Origin: Abditibacterium sp.
GTDB lineage: Bacteria > Armatimonadota > Abditibacteriia > Abditibacteriales > Abditibacteriaceae
Assembly: GCA_965199495.1 (NCBI GenBank)
Contig: CBDASK010000003.1
Span: forward strand, 416,001-480,000
Direction: 5' to 3'
Length of the DNA stretch: 64,000 nucleotides
This document shows, one piece after another, positions 18,978-27,729 of the stretch (position 1 is the first letter of the stretch; each line of letters opens with the position of its first letter). The position numbers and the translations under genes were made by a program. Below the pieces are notes generated by a model that worked only from the letters and a program-made list of their open reading frames with translations, did not search any database and was not told the origin of the DNA.

Positions 18978-20585
18978 GTGAAACTTGAAAACTCACCCTC
19001 TCCCCAGGTCAATGGCATGGCTTACGGCCCGTCCCATCGCCCCGCAACGAAATCTGAGCCACCAGCCCAGCCCAAAGCCGCTCCCGCCAACTGGCAGATC
19101 GTAATGATCCCCGTCGGTCAGATCGGCCCCAACCCGTATCAGCCACGCTTGCAGTTCGATGAGGAAGAGATGACCGAACTGATCGCCAGCGTGCGCGAAC
19201 GCGGCGTGCAACAACCGATCCTGGTTCGCACGACGCCGACTTCCAAAAGTGACGAAAGTGAGAAGCCGACACAGCAATACCAACTGGTCGCGGGCGAACG
19301 ACGTTTGCGGGCCTGCAAAGCCGCTAAACGTCGCCTTATCCCCGCCATCGTGCGCGACGACTTGAGCGATGTGCAAGCGGCTGAATTGGCACTTTTGGAG
19401 AACGTGCAACGCTCCAACCTTAACGTCATCGAAGAGGCCAGAGCTTTTCGGCGGCTGATGCTCGACTTTCGCATGAAGGAAGAGCGCATCGCCAAAAAGG
19501 TGGGCAAATCGGTGGCGACGGTGAAAGACACGCTGCGTTTGCTGGCACTACCAAGCGAAGTTCAGACGCTGATGATCGCGCGTAAGCTGACGGCTTCGCA
19601 CGGCCAACAGTTGCTTCGATTGGCACCTTTCGAGTCAGTGTGCCGCGAAGTGGCGCGCCGAGCAGCGACTGAAGGCATTCCGGCGACGGCGCTTTCGCAA
19701 GAGCCATTGCCAGGTGCCCGTCAACTCCGCGATAGCAAGCTGATTGTGGAACTGGACTTTCGCACCCGCTTCGACTGGAAGAGCGAATGCGGTTCTTGCC
19801 CGCATAAGGCTTACGTTGTGAGCGGCTACCATTCGTATTGCCTCAAGCCCGACGAATGGCAACGCAAGCAAAACGAAGCTATCGAACGAGCCAAACAGGA
19901 AGCGGCGCGTGTGCTGGACGAAGCCAAGCAGAACGACAACGGCGAAGTGGATACCGAGTCACTACCGCCTGGTTCGTATCGTGATTTGACTCACGCGCAA
20001 TTGCCCGCCGGATGCTGCGAAGTCTGCCCGTGTCGCGGCGAGACCACTGATCCGCGTGATCCAACGCAAAAGAAGCCTATTTGTCTGGCGCCAGAACGCT
20101 TTGCCGAACTGGTGCGCGCCGAACGTCAGGCTCACGAAGAAGCGCGCCAACGCAAATTCACCGAGTTCTGGCGCGAAGCACTGCGACGCTTAAACGACGC
20201 AGAGCAGGAACCCGTCGTCTCTTGGGCGACGCTTGCGCTTTGGCCCCTCGTCAAGGGCACGCATCTGCGCTACGGAGAACAGCAAAGCTGGAATGAACTG
20301 GGGCAGCAGGTCGCAACCGAACTCTCACTCGATTTGCCTTGGCAACTCTGGCAGGACGAGGAAACTTCGACCGACCAGCTTCTCACCGAGTTGAAGCGGG
20401 TCGAAACCAACGATCTGCTGCGATTCTTCGGCGCTCTTCTGCTCGCGCAGGAGGCGCTTCAAGCGATTCGCTACGGCGATGAAACGCCACTACTTTCTGC
20501 TGTTCTGGGCCACCAGACGGCGACTCAAGGAGAACTCTCCAATTCAGACGAAACGGAATCTTCCGATTCCGACGAAGAAGAGTAA
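18978..20585 (+). CDS. ParB/Spo0J family protein with Cys-rich C-terminal region
   Basis: PNPYQPR, GVQQPILVR, YQLVAGERRLRA, ENVQRSNL, HTH; later CGSC..C and CEVCPC..C modules. Confidence 0.9.
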   Translation: MKLENSPSPQVNGMAYGPSHRPATKSEPPAQPKAAPANWQIVMIPVGQIGPNPYQPRLQFDEEEMTELIASVRERGVQQPILVRTTPTSKSDESEKPTQQYQLVAGERRLRACKAAKRRLIPAIVRDDLSDVQAAELALLENVQRSNLNVIEEARAFRRLMLDFRMKEERIAKKVGKSVATVKDTLRLLALPSEVQTLMIARKLTASHGQQLLRLAPFESVCREVARRAATEGIPATALSQEPLPGARQLRDSKLIVELDFRTRFDWKSECGSCPHKAYVVSGYHSYCLKPDEWQRKQNEAIERAKQEAARVLDEAKQNDNGEVDTESLPPGSYRDLTHAQLPAGCCEVCPCRGETTDPRDPTQKKPICLAPERFAELVRAERQAHEEARQRKFTEFWREALRRLNDAEQEPVVSWATLALWPLVKGTHLRYGEQQSWNELGQQVATELSLDLPWQLWQDEETSTDQLLTELKRVETNDLLRFFGALLLAQEALQAIRYGDETPLLSAVLGHQTATQGELSNSDETESSDSDEEE

Positions 20586-20604
20586 CTTTCTCAAAACCCA
20601 CTTT

Positions 20605-20636
20605 AGCCCGCTCTTATGAGAGCGGGCTTCTTTTTT
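20605..20636 (+). terminator. Rho-independent terminator
   Basis: AGCCCGCTCT-TATG-AGAGCGGGCT followed by a T run. Confidence 0.85.
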
Positions 20637-20651
20637 ACGTTACTTTCGCTT

Positions 20652-20669
20652 TGTTGTCTCGACGCAACT
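20652..20669. promoter_or_regulatory. Palindromic operator GTTG-N8-CAAC (upstream of DUF932 gene)
   Basis: TGTTG TCTCGACG CAACT. Confidence 0.65.
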
Positions 20670-20761
20670 GGATTCGTTCTTTCACTCATTTCAGGCCAAT
20701 ATAAGCGGGAAGAGTAAAGCGCCTTGGCGTTTTAAATCTCACTCTTCGCACTTTGAAAAGG

Positions 20762-21913
20762 ATGAGTGAAATGACAATCGAAACCAATGAAGTGAAAGGC
20801 CAAAGCCTCGACTGCGCCCGCGAGTTCGTGCGCGCCGACGACGCTGGCAAGTGGGACACCATCGTGCCCCGACAAAATGTGCAAATGTGCGACGGTCGCC
20901 TGAGTTTCGGTGGCAGGGAGCAACCGCTCACGCCTTCGGGCTGGGCGACAGGACAACTGTGCGCCCGCCTGGGCATTCCGGCGCCCTACTTTCGCAAGTG
21001 CCCGACTGACTTGCAAGACGAGCAAGCCAACTACTGGCTGGAACATGGCCCGCAAAAGCACGGCGAAACGTGGCTGATGCGCGCCAAAGACGAGAATCTG
21101 CGCGCAGTCTTGAGTGATCGTTACAGCCCGCTCGATAACACGACGCTATTGGACGAACTACGAATGCTGTTGCCCGACAGCTATCGCGTGGACTGGTTCG
21201 GATTGCAGGACGAAAGTCTGCATTTGCGCGTGGTTGATCCCACGCGCACCCGCGAACTACTGCCTGACGATGCTTTGACGGTGGGTATCCACCTCGTCAA
21301 CAGCGAAGTCGGTCTGCGCTCGGTTACGGTGGATGCAATGGTTTTTCGCCTGGTTTGCACCAACGGCCTGATTCGTCTGGTCAAAGGGAAAAGTCTGCTG
21401 CGACAACGGCATCTGCACGTGTCGCATCACCGCTTTATCGGCGCGTTGGGCGAAGCCATCGACAACGCACTCAAAGAGTCGGAAGGCTTTTTGAACCAGT
21501 TGGCGACCACGACACAAACCCCCGTGCCCAATATCAGCGATGTGATGGAAAAGATCGCCGACCGGTGGAACTTGAGCGACGAAACGCAGGAGCGCGCGAA
21601 ACTGGCCTTGCGCCAGGAAAACTCGTCCCAGCAAGAATCGCTCTACGGCTTGGTCAACGCCTACACCTCTGCCGCGCAACGCTTGCCAGACTCTGGTCGC
21701 TACGATTTGGAAGTCCTGGCGGGCAATCTGGCCCAGCATGGCGTGGCGGCGTTTGCGCCCGATCGTTCTTCGGTTTCGCCGCGTTTACCCAAACAAAGCG
21801 AAACGAGAAACGGTGACGGCGACGAACCGTTCGACGTGGTGGAAACCGCGCGCGAGATGTTCGAGGCGCAGGTCATGTCGCGCTCTCCCCGCAAGGAGAT
21901 GGTGCGGCCATGA
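20762..21913 (+). CDS. DUF932-family phage/plasmid protein
   Basis: QLCARLGIP, RAVLSDRY..LDN, GIHLVNSEVG, RLVCTNG motifs. Confidence 0.82.
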   Translation: MSEMTIETNEVKGQSLDCAREFVRADDAGKWDTIVPRQNVQMCDGRLSFGGREQPLTPSGWATGQLCARLGIPAPYFRKCPTDLQDEQANYWLEHGPQKHGETWLMRAKDENLRAVLSDRYSPLDNTTLLDELRMLLPDSYRVDWFGLQDESLHLRVVDPTRTRELLPDDALTVGIHLVNSEVGLRSVTVDAMVFRLVCTNGLIRLVKGKSLLRQRHLHVSHHRFIGALGEAIDNALKESEGFLNQLATTTQTPVPNISDVMEKIADRWNLSDETQERAKLALRQENSSQQESLYGLVNAYTSAAQRLPDSGRYDLEVLAGNLAQHGVAAFAPDRSSVSPRLPKQSETRNGDGDEPFDVVETAREMFEAQVMSRSPRKEMVRP

Positions 21914-22716
21914 CGACACAAACGCAAGATAAACCTGTCGCGATGCAGACCGCCGAGATGACGTGGAGCGCGACGCGGCTCAAGTCTTACCTGACTTGTC
22001 CGCGCCAGTTCCGCTATTCGTATGTGGATGGTATCGCCTCGATCCCGACTTCGCCGCTCGTGTTTGGTCGCGCTTTGCATGGTGCCCTGTGCTTCGTGCA
22101 TGAGCGCCAAATGCAGAGCGGCTCGTTGCCGCCGGTCGGCGATGTGTTGGAACACTTCGATGCGCTATGGAGTGAAGCCTTAAAGGCCGATCCGTTCTTT
22201 CGGGACGGCTCGCCTTCGCCCGCACAGCACTTGACGATGGGCCACGAAATCATACGCGCATATCTGGCCGCGCCCGAAAACCAGAAATTGCCGCTCGCGG
22301 CAGAACTGGCGTTCGAGGTGCAAGCCGGAGACTACCGTCTTGCGGGTATCGTGGATCGTTTAGACGAGAGTGAGAACAGCTTAATCGTCGTGGATTTCAA
22401 GAGCGGAACGCGCAAGCCTTCGCCTAAAGACCTCGACGACGATTTGCAGTTCACTATTTACGCTTTTGCCATCGAGCAGATGATGGGGCGACCCGTTGAA
22501 AAGGTCGTTCACTGCCATCTGCGAACCGGCGATTGCTTTGATACGCACCGAAGCAACGATCACTTCGCGTGGTTGCTGGATGAGGTGCTACCATTTGTGG
22601 CCGGTGGCGTCGCGCGAGGCGAATTTGCTCCGCGTTCCGGTTACTGGTGCAACTGGTGTGACTACCGCGAACTGTGTCGCGCCGAAAATGCGCGAGACGC
22701 TGGGGAGGTGATGTAA
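21910..22716 (+). CDS. PD-(D/E)XK RecB-family nuclease
   Basis: SATRLKSYLTCPRQF, G..LH, GIVDRLD, VDFKSG, QFTIY, C-terminal CNWCDYRELC (Fe-S ligands). Confidence 0.9.
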   Translation: MTTQTQDKPVAMQTAEMTWSATRLKSYLTCPRQFRYSYVDGIASIPTSPLVFGRALHGALCFVHERQMQSGSLPPVGDVLEHFDALWSEALKADPFFRDGSPSPAQHLTMGHEIIRAYLAAPENQKLPLAAELAFEVQAGDYRLAGIVDRLDESENSLIVVDFKSGTRKPSPKDLDDDLQFTIYAFAIEQMMGRPVEKVVHCHLRTGDCFDTHRSNDHFAWLLDEVLPFVAGGVARGEFAPRSGYWCNWCDYRELCRAENARDAGEVM

Positions 22717-23262
22717 ATGGCGTATCCCATTCAACTAACGATTGGCACTGGAAACAAGGTGTCAGTCAATTACCAGTCACAGGAAGTGAATGTTTCTGTG
22801 ACTTACCAACTGGAAAGCGAAGACACCGATCTGTTGAGCTTCGCCCGCGACAAAGCGAGCGAGGTCGCAGCAGTTCACGGAATCGCCTGGAAGCAAATGC
22901 AAGGGAACGCTCAGGCGAAAACCGCGACTCGGACAAAAGTCAAATCTTCTGACGAACCGGATTCAAAACCTGAGTTAGCACCGCAGAATGCAATTCCAAA
23001 AACTGAAAATTCAGCGCCCCCATCTCCCATTACCGATGGACAGTTGGCGGCACTTGAAGCTCTGACACATCAAGCGGATTGGAGCAAAGAGCAGACGCGT
23101 GAGACACTTAGCGACCGCTTTAACAAAGCCGAGTTGAGCGAACTCTCAACGGCTCAGGCCGCGCAACTATTACTCGAACTGCAACGCGCCGAGCGCCTCA
23201 AAACGCAAGCGCGCAGCCGAGAAAGGCGAGCTGCCACAACCCGACAAAACGGTCATCACTAA
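22717..23262 (+). CDS. Hypothetical protein
   Basis: GGAGG RBS and abutting the nuclease gene; the C-terminal ITDGQL...LSELSTAQAAQLL helical motif resembles tails of phage recombination proteins. Confidence 0.7.
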   Translation: MAYPIQLTIGTGNKVSVNYQSQEVNVSVTYQLESEDTDLLSFARDKASEVAAVHGIAWKQMQGNAQAKTATRTKVKSSDEPDSKPELAPQNAIPKTENSAPPSPITDGQLAALEALTHQADWSKEQTRETLSDRFNKAELSELSTAQAAQLLLELQRAERLKTQARSRERRAATTRQNGHH

Positions 23263-23309
23263 GATGAACCGCTCCCCCTTCCTGATGGACGAGAGTCCAT
23301 CGTTTATCG

Positions 23310-23340
23310 CCGCGTTTGCCCTTGGCAGACGCGGTTTTTT
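23310..23340 (+). terminator. Rho-independent terminator
   Basis: CCGCGTTTGCC-CTT-GGCAGACGCGG then TTTTTT. Confidence 0.75.
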
Positions 23341-23509
23341 GTTGCGATTTGACCCGAAACGGTGCGAACAAAACCCCAATCAAGGTCACTCGTCCCAATT
23401 TGTGTCGATTTGAGCGTGAATGTGGCTTAATTCAGCCGTAGAAAAACCAGATTATATTGAGTAATTGCTCTTTCGTTTTCTTTCTCAATATTTTTGTGGA
23501 TGGGGTGAG

Positions 23510-23527
23510 GGTTGTCTGCTCGCAACT
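23510..23527. promoter_or_regulatory. Palindromic operator GTTG-N8-CAAC (upstream of small ORF + recombinase 2)
   Basis: GGTTG TCTGCTCG CAACT. Confidence 0.6.
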
Positions 23528-23596
23528 TGATGGGTTTAAACAGTAAGACCGAGCCATAATGGAGCAACCAAACATAAACCGAAAGGTAACATCTCC

Positions 23597-23770
23597 ATGA
23601 ATTTACCCACTCCAACTCCCCAACAAGTCAACGAATTCGCTACTATCTATAAGGAAGAATTTGGTGTAACTTTGAGCCATAGTGAGGCTTGGGAAACGGC
23701 GACGATCACGCTTCAGCTTTTCTATCTGGGCACCTACGGCCTCAAGACCAAAGCTCCCGATCCGACCTGA
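23597..23770 (+). CDS. Small 57-aa ORF preceding serine recombinase
   Basis: Manual translation MNLPTPTPQQVNEFATIYKEEFGVTLSHSEAWETATITLQLFYLGTYGLKTKAPDPT*; GAAAGG RBS; below the ORF-track cutoff. Confidence 0.7.
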   Translation: MNLPTPTPQQVNEFATIYKEEFGVTLSHSEAWETATITLQLFYLGTYGLKTKAPDPT

Positions 23771-23804
23771 ATACAAATACAATCAGCCGCTCTAATCTCA
23801 TGCT

Positions 23805-25421
23805 ATGCCTTACTTTCTCTACGCCCGCAAAAGTCAGGAAGACGACGGACGCCAGGTGCAATCCATCGGTGACCAGTTAAAGATCGGCCACGATTTAGCG
23901 GAGAGTTTGGGAACGACGATCAGCCATGTTTTTCAAGAGGCGCGCTCGGCCAAACGGCCCGGTCGTCCCATCTTCAACGAGATGATCGCCCGCATCGAAG
24001 CCGGTGAAGCTCAGGGCATCATTGCCTGGCATCCCGACCGACTATCCCGCAACGCCGTTGACGCCGGGATGATCATCGACCTGATCGACCGGGGCAAACT
24101 CGTTGACCTCAAGTTTCAATCTTACAATTTCGAGAACACGCCCGAAGGCAAATGGATGCTTAACATCGTGTTAGGTCAGAGCAAATATCAGGTGGATAAG
24201 CTGTCCAAAGACGTGAAGCGCGGTATCCGCTCGAAGTTGGAGAAGGGGCACTATCCGCAAGCCGCTCTGCCTGGCTACCAAAACGATAAAGAGCAGCACA
24301 CCATCATCGCTGATCCGGAACGCTTTGAGATGGTTCAGAGCGCATTCAAATTGATACTAACTGGCGCTTACAGTGCGCCGCAAGCTCTTAACGTTCTCAA
24401 TAATGAATGGGGTTTCCGCACCGCGCGGCGCGCCCGAACCGGCGGAAAACCGTTGAGCCGTTCGTCATTCTTCAGAATGCTTTCCAACGTCTTCTATACC
24501 GGACTGATGGATCACAAAGGAGAGATTTACCCCGGTAAGCATCCAGCGATGTTAACACAAGAGGAGTTCGAGCAGATTCAGCGTATTCAGGGGCGCAGAA
24601 ACATCGTGCAACAGAAGCACGAGTTCGACTTTACCGGCCTAATTCGCTGCGGATTATGCGGCTGCATGATTACCGCCGAAACCAAACGCAAACACTACAA
24701 AGGCACCAATCGCACCGTCTCCTACACCTACTATCACTGCACCGGCAAGCGTGGTGGTTGCGTTAAACAGAGCGTTACCCATGAGATGATCGAGGCGCAG
24801 ATTAAAGAACTGCTGAGTCGCGTGACGCTGCATGAGCGCGTGGCACGCTGGTGTCTCGATCCCGCGCGCGACTATCACCAAGAAGAATCCGGCACCAGCC
24901 ACAACGAAATTGAGGCACTGCAAAAGGCGTTGGCGGGCGCGCAGCGCAAAAAGACCAACCTCATCCAAGCCCAGTTGATCGACTTGGAGATGTTCTCTGC
25001 CATCGAGTTCAAACAGGAGAAAGAACGGCTACAAAATGAGATTAATCAGCTTCAACAGAATTTGAAAAAGGCCGAGCAGAAGTTGGAGCAAGTGCGCCAA
25101 ACCGTCGAGAATGTTTTCGACTTCGCGGTCAACGCCGCCTATAACTTCGAGCATGGCACTACCAAGCTCCGCAAAGAAATCGTCGCGCGATTGGGCGTGA
25201 AATACGTTCTCACTCTGGGAAAGCTCGAAATCGAGCCTCATCCACTGATGGTGCCAATCCTTGGGTTAGAACCTTGCGAAAGAGGCTCTGACAACAAGAA
25301 AGACGGCTCCGGTGAAGCCGTCCGTCCCTCTTGGCTGGCCATGTGGGACGAGATTCTCAATCTGGCTTCAGATTCAGAAGTCAGCGTATTCCCAAAAACA
25401 ATCTGGGGATGTCCGGCGTAA
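23805..25421 (+). CDS. Large serine recombinase (integrase)
   Basis: YFLYARKSQE, EARSAKRPGRP, WHPDRLSRN, recombinase domain (NVFYTG, GKHPAML), zinc ribbon CGLCG..YYHC, coiled coil. Confidence 0.93.
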   Translation: MPYFLYARKSQEDDGRQVQSIGDQLKIGHDLAESLGTTISHVFQEARSAKRPGRPIFNEMIARIEAGEAQGIIAWHPDRLSRNAVDAGMIIDLIDRGKLVDLKFQSYNFENTPEGKWMLNIVLGQSKYQVDKLSKDVKRGIRSKLEKGHYPQAALPGYQNDKEQHTIIADPERFEMVQSAFKLILTGAYSAPQALNVLNNEWGFRTARRARTGGKPLSRSSFFRMLSNVFYTGLMDHKGEIYPGKHPAMLTQEEFEQIQRIQGRRNIVQQKHEFDFTGLIRCGLCGCMITAETKRKHYKGTNRTVSYTYYHCTGKRGGCVKQSVTHEMIEAQIKELLSRVTLHERVARWCLDPARDYHQEESGTSHNEIEALQKALAGAQRKKTNLIQAQLIDLEMFSAIEFKQEKERLQNEINQLQQNLKKAEQKLEQVRQTVENVFDFAVNAAYNFEHGTTKLRKEIVARLGVKYVLTLGKLEIEPHPLMVPILGLEPCERGSDNKKDGSGEAVRPSWLAMWDEILNLASDSEVSVFPKTIWGCPA

Positions 25422-25452
25422 TATGAAAGGTAGATAAGCATCTTTTAAGACT

Positions 25453-27729
25453 TTACGGCGAGACCAAGTAGGAGCGAATCTTACTGTTTTGACAGGCGAT
25501 AAGCATAAGTGCAGGTCTTCCTTCAGGATGTAGCTTCTCAGTGAGCCACTGCATCTGTTTTTTGTCCTGCTTGCTTTCTTTGCAGGGAACGTTATCTGGA
25601 TGTGAATGCCATTCGCCGATGTAAGTGACTTGGTTCATCGTCACTTCGCCAACGCGTTTCAAAGTCTCTTCCATTCCTTCAACTCCCCTCTCGCAACCGC
25701 ACAATTCTTCTACAGAGTCAGCAGGAGCGGGCAACGCCTGGCAAATGTAAGCTCGCTTGCGCTGCATATCCAAGTAACCCAGCAGTGCGCCGCAAGTTTC
25801 GCGTGGCAAACATTCTGAACGGTATCCAAGGATAGTTCGCTTTAAGTCCTCGTCAAAAATTATCGTCCATCCATCTGCCTGATGCAAAACAGGTTTTGAC
25901 AAAGCAATATCTACACGCGTCACCGTCATCTCTTCCGAGTGACAGCGCCAAATATGCAAAACGGCCTCGGAGCTATTTGCAATGCGACGCACGGCACTGG
26001 CGCCGATGGCGGCGTGCAGTGCCACGGCCTCCTGCGAGATATGCGATGTCAAATCACGGCATCCACCGCTATAGCGGCTTTGTGTTTCAGAATTGCCGAA
26101 GTATCCTTCCAACCGAGCGTCTTCAAGCAGTGCGCGCAGATATTGAAGTTCGATAACATCTAACGGAATAGTGCGATTGCCGTCTTCGGCCATCGCAACC
26201 AAATCTAAACCGCTCGGACTTAAAAATAGCGAAGCGCGCTTCGAGACCGCTTTCCAATTTAAAGCGAGATGACGTGAGACCGCAACGGAAGCGCTCATGT
26301 CCAAAATCAATTCTGCGGCTTCGGCGCTTTTTTCTAAATCTGATGCATCAATCAACGGCGTCAAAACATCAGTAACTATGGCTTGCGCCAGAGGTGTGCC
26401 GTCAAACATTTGATTCGCTTGAGTTGCCATCTCGACTGCTTTCGCTAAACCAAAGCGGCTTCCCAGAATGGCATGACGCACGGCGTTGTGAGGCGCAAAA
26501 TAGTCGCTATCGACAAGCGTCCATTGTCCCCATCCTTGACGAGCAAGATTCTCAAAGACCTGAGAACCCAAAGCACCCATTCCTACCGCGAGAACAGAAG
26601 TTTTATTACGCGAATCCTGACCGCTCAATACGGATGCTCTTTGGGCTGTCAATTTGAACTCAGGCGAAAGCATGGTCACGCGCACTTGTTTGGCTCGTTC
26701 GCGCACGGTATCCAAAGACGTGAACAAAATTTGAGACGACGTTGCCGGTTTAGAGCCAGCAATAACGGATGGTGCTCGTCCCAAAATTTCGAGAGTGACA
26801 CCAAGCTCAACGGGATTAATATCTACTAAATGCCCAGATTTGAGGGTTTGACACCTGAATCCAAAAACATCGGTGGCCTCAGCATTTTGTCCGGCGTTGC
26901 GTGCTTTTGGAATTCCGACTACTAAAATAGTTCCGACAGCATTTGGCAGTAGCTGACTCGCTTTTTCCTGAAGTCGCCTCTTTAGATTGGCCGCGAGATC
27001 GTAACCTGCACGCTGACAAAGTTGGTCGAGATCATATAACGTTACCGGTTCAGCTCTTATGATGCCATGTTCTTGAACTGGTAATTGAAAGGGGAAAAGC
27101 AGGAAGGGCTGACCTGGACGCCCTTGTGCCATGCTGCCCAGCCTGTCTGCAATTAGGATTTCTCTCTCTCCGGTGTTCGCGCTATAAACCATCAACATTT
27201 CCAGAGCGGACGAGGTAAAAATATCAGGAGGCAAAATCAAGGGACGACTAAATCCGCCGATGAATGGCTCCAGACTTTGATCCTCTTTGTGCAAGGTGCC
27301 GCAAGCGGTTTCTCTAAGCCACCATAATATCCTCTCCCCCAGCAACGCGGGAGTCCAACGCAAGTTAAGGTCTTCTCTACGTTCTGCAAATAGACACAGG
27401 CTCTTGGGAAATTCCGATCTGGAAAGGTTCAAATGCGGGACTTGCGGGAAGTCCTCGCGCATGGACACGACTTCGGGTAAATGACTGGGGTCATCACCAA
27501 ACAGCACCGCCAATTGCTCTTCATAACGGATGTCGTTAATCGAACGTTGCGGCACCTGGGGTTTAGCGGTGACAATGATGATTTCAGAACCATTGATTTT
27601 GTAGCACTCGCCCAGTTCAAGATAAGGATTTAAATCGGACGAGACATAGCGAGCAAATGACTTCGCCCGCTCCAAAGACAATTCAGTGACCGAGATGAGC
27701 GACTCAGACTCGAAAAGTTCCATATTCAA
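25453..27729 (-). CDS. E2-E1(ThiF)-JAB fusion (Cap2/Cap3-like ubiquitin-conjugation and deconjugation protein)
   Basis: E2: PHLN...LCLF; E1: VGMGALGS, VDSD..HNAVRH, SGGC; JAB: ETCGALLG, YIGEWHSHP...SKQD. Confidence 0.9.
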   Translation of the reverse strand: MNMELFESESLISVTELSLERAKSFARYVSSDLNPYLELGECYKINGSEIIIVTAKPQVPQRSINDIRYEEQLAVLFGDDPSHLPEVVSMREDFPQVPHLNLSRSEFPKSLCLFAERREDLNLRWTPALLGERILWWLRETACGTLHKEDQSLEPFIGGFSRPLILPPDIFTSSALEMLMVYSANTGEREILIADRLGSMAQGRPGQPFLLFPFQLPVQEHGIIRAEPVTLYDLDQLCQRAGYDLAANLKRRLQEKASQLLPNAVGTILVVGIPKARNAGQNAEATDVFGFRCQTLKSGHLVDINPVELGVTLEILGRAPSVIAGSKPATSSQILFTSLDTVRERAKQVRVTMLSPEFKLTAQRASVLSGQDSRNKTSVLAVGMGALGSQVFENLARQGWGQWTLVDSDYFAPHNAVRHAILGSRFGLAKAVEMATQANQMFDGTPLAQAIVTDVLTPLIDASDLEKSAEAAELILDMSASVAVSRHLALNWKAVSKRASLFLSPSGLDLVAMAEDGNRTIPLDVIELQYLRALLEDARLEGYFGNSETQSRYSGGCRDLTSHISQEAVALHAAIGASAVRRIANSSEAVLHIWRCHSEEMTVTRVDIALSKPVLHQADGWTIIFDEDLKRTILGYRSECLPRETCGALLGYLDMQRKRAYICQALPAPADSVEELCGCERGVEGMEETLKRVGEVTMNQVTYIGEWHSHPDNVPCKESKQDKKQMQWLTEKLHPEGRPALMLIACQNSKIRSYLVSP

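Noticed and set aside
21910..22716. Cas4 / CRISPR locus
   Set aside because: No other cas genes or repeat-spacer array seen; the motifs fit a generic RecB-family nuclease.
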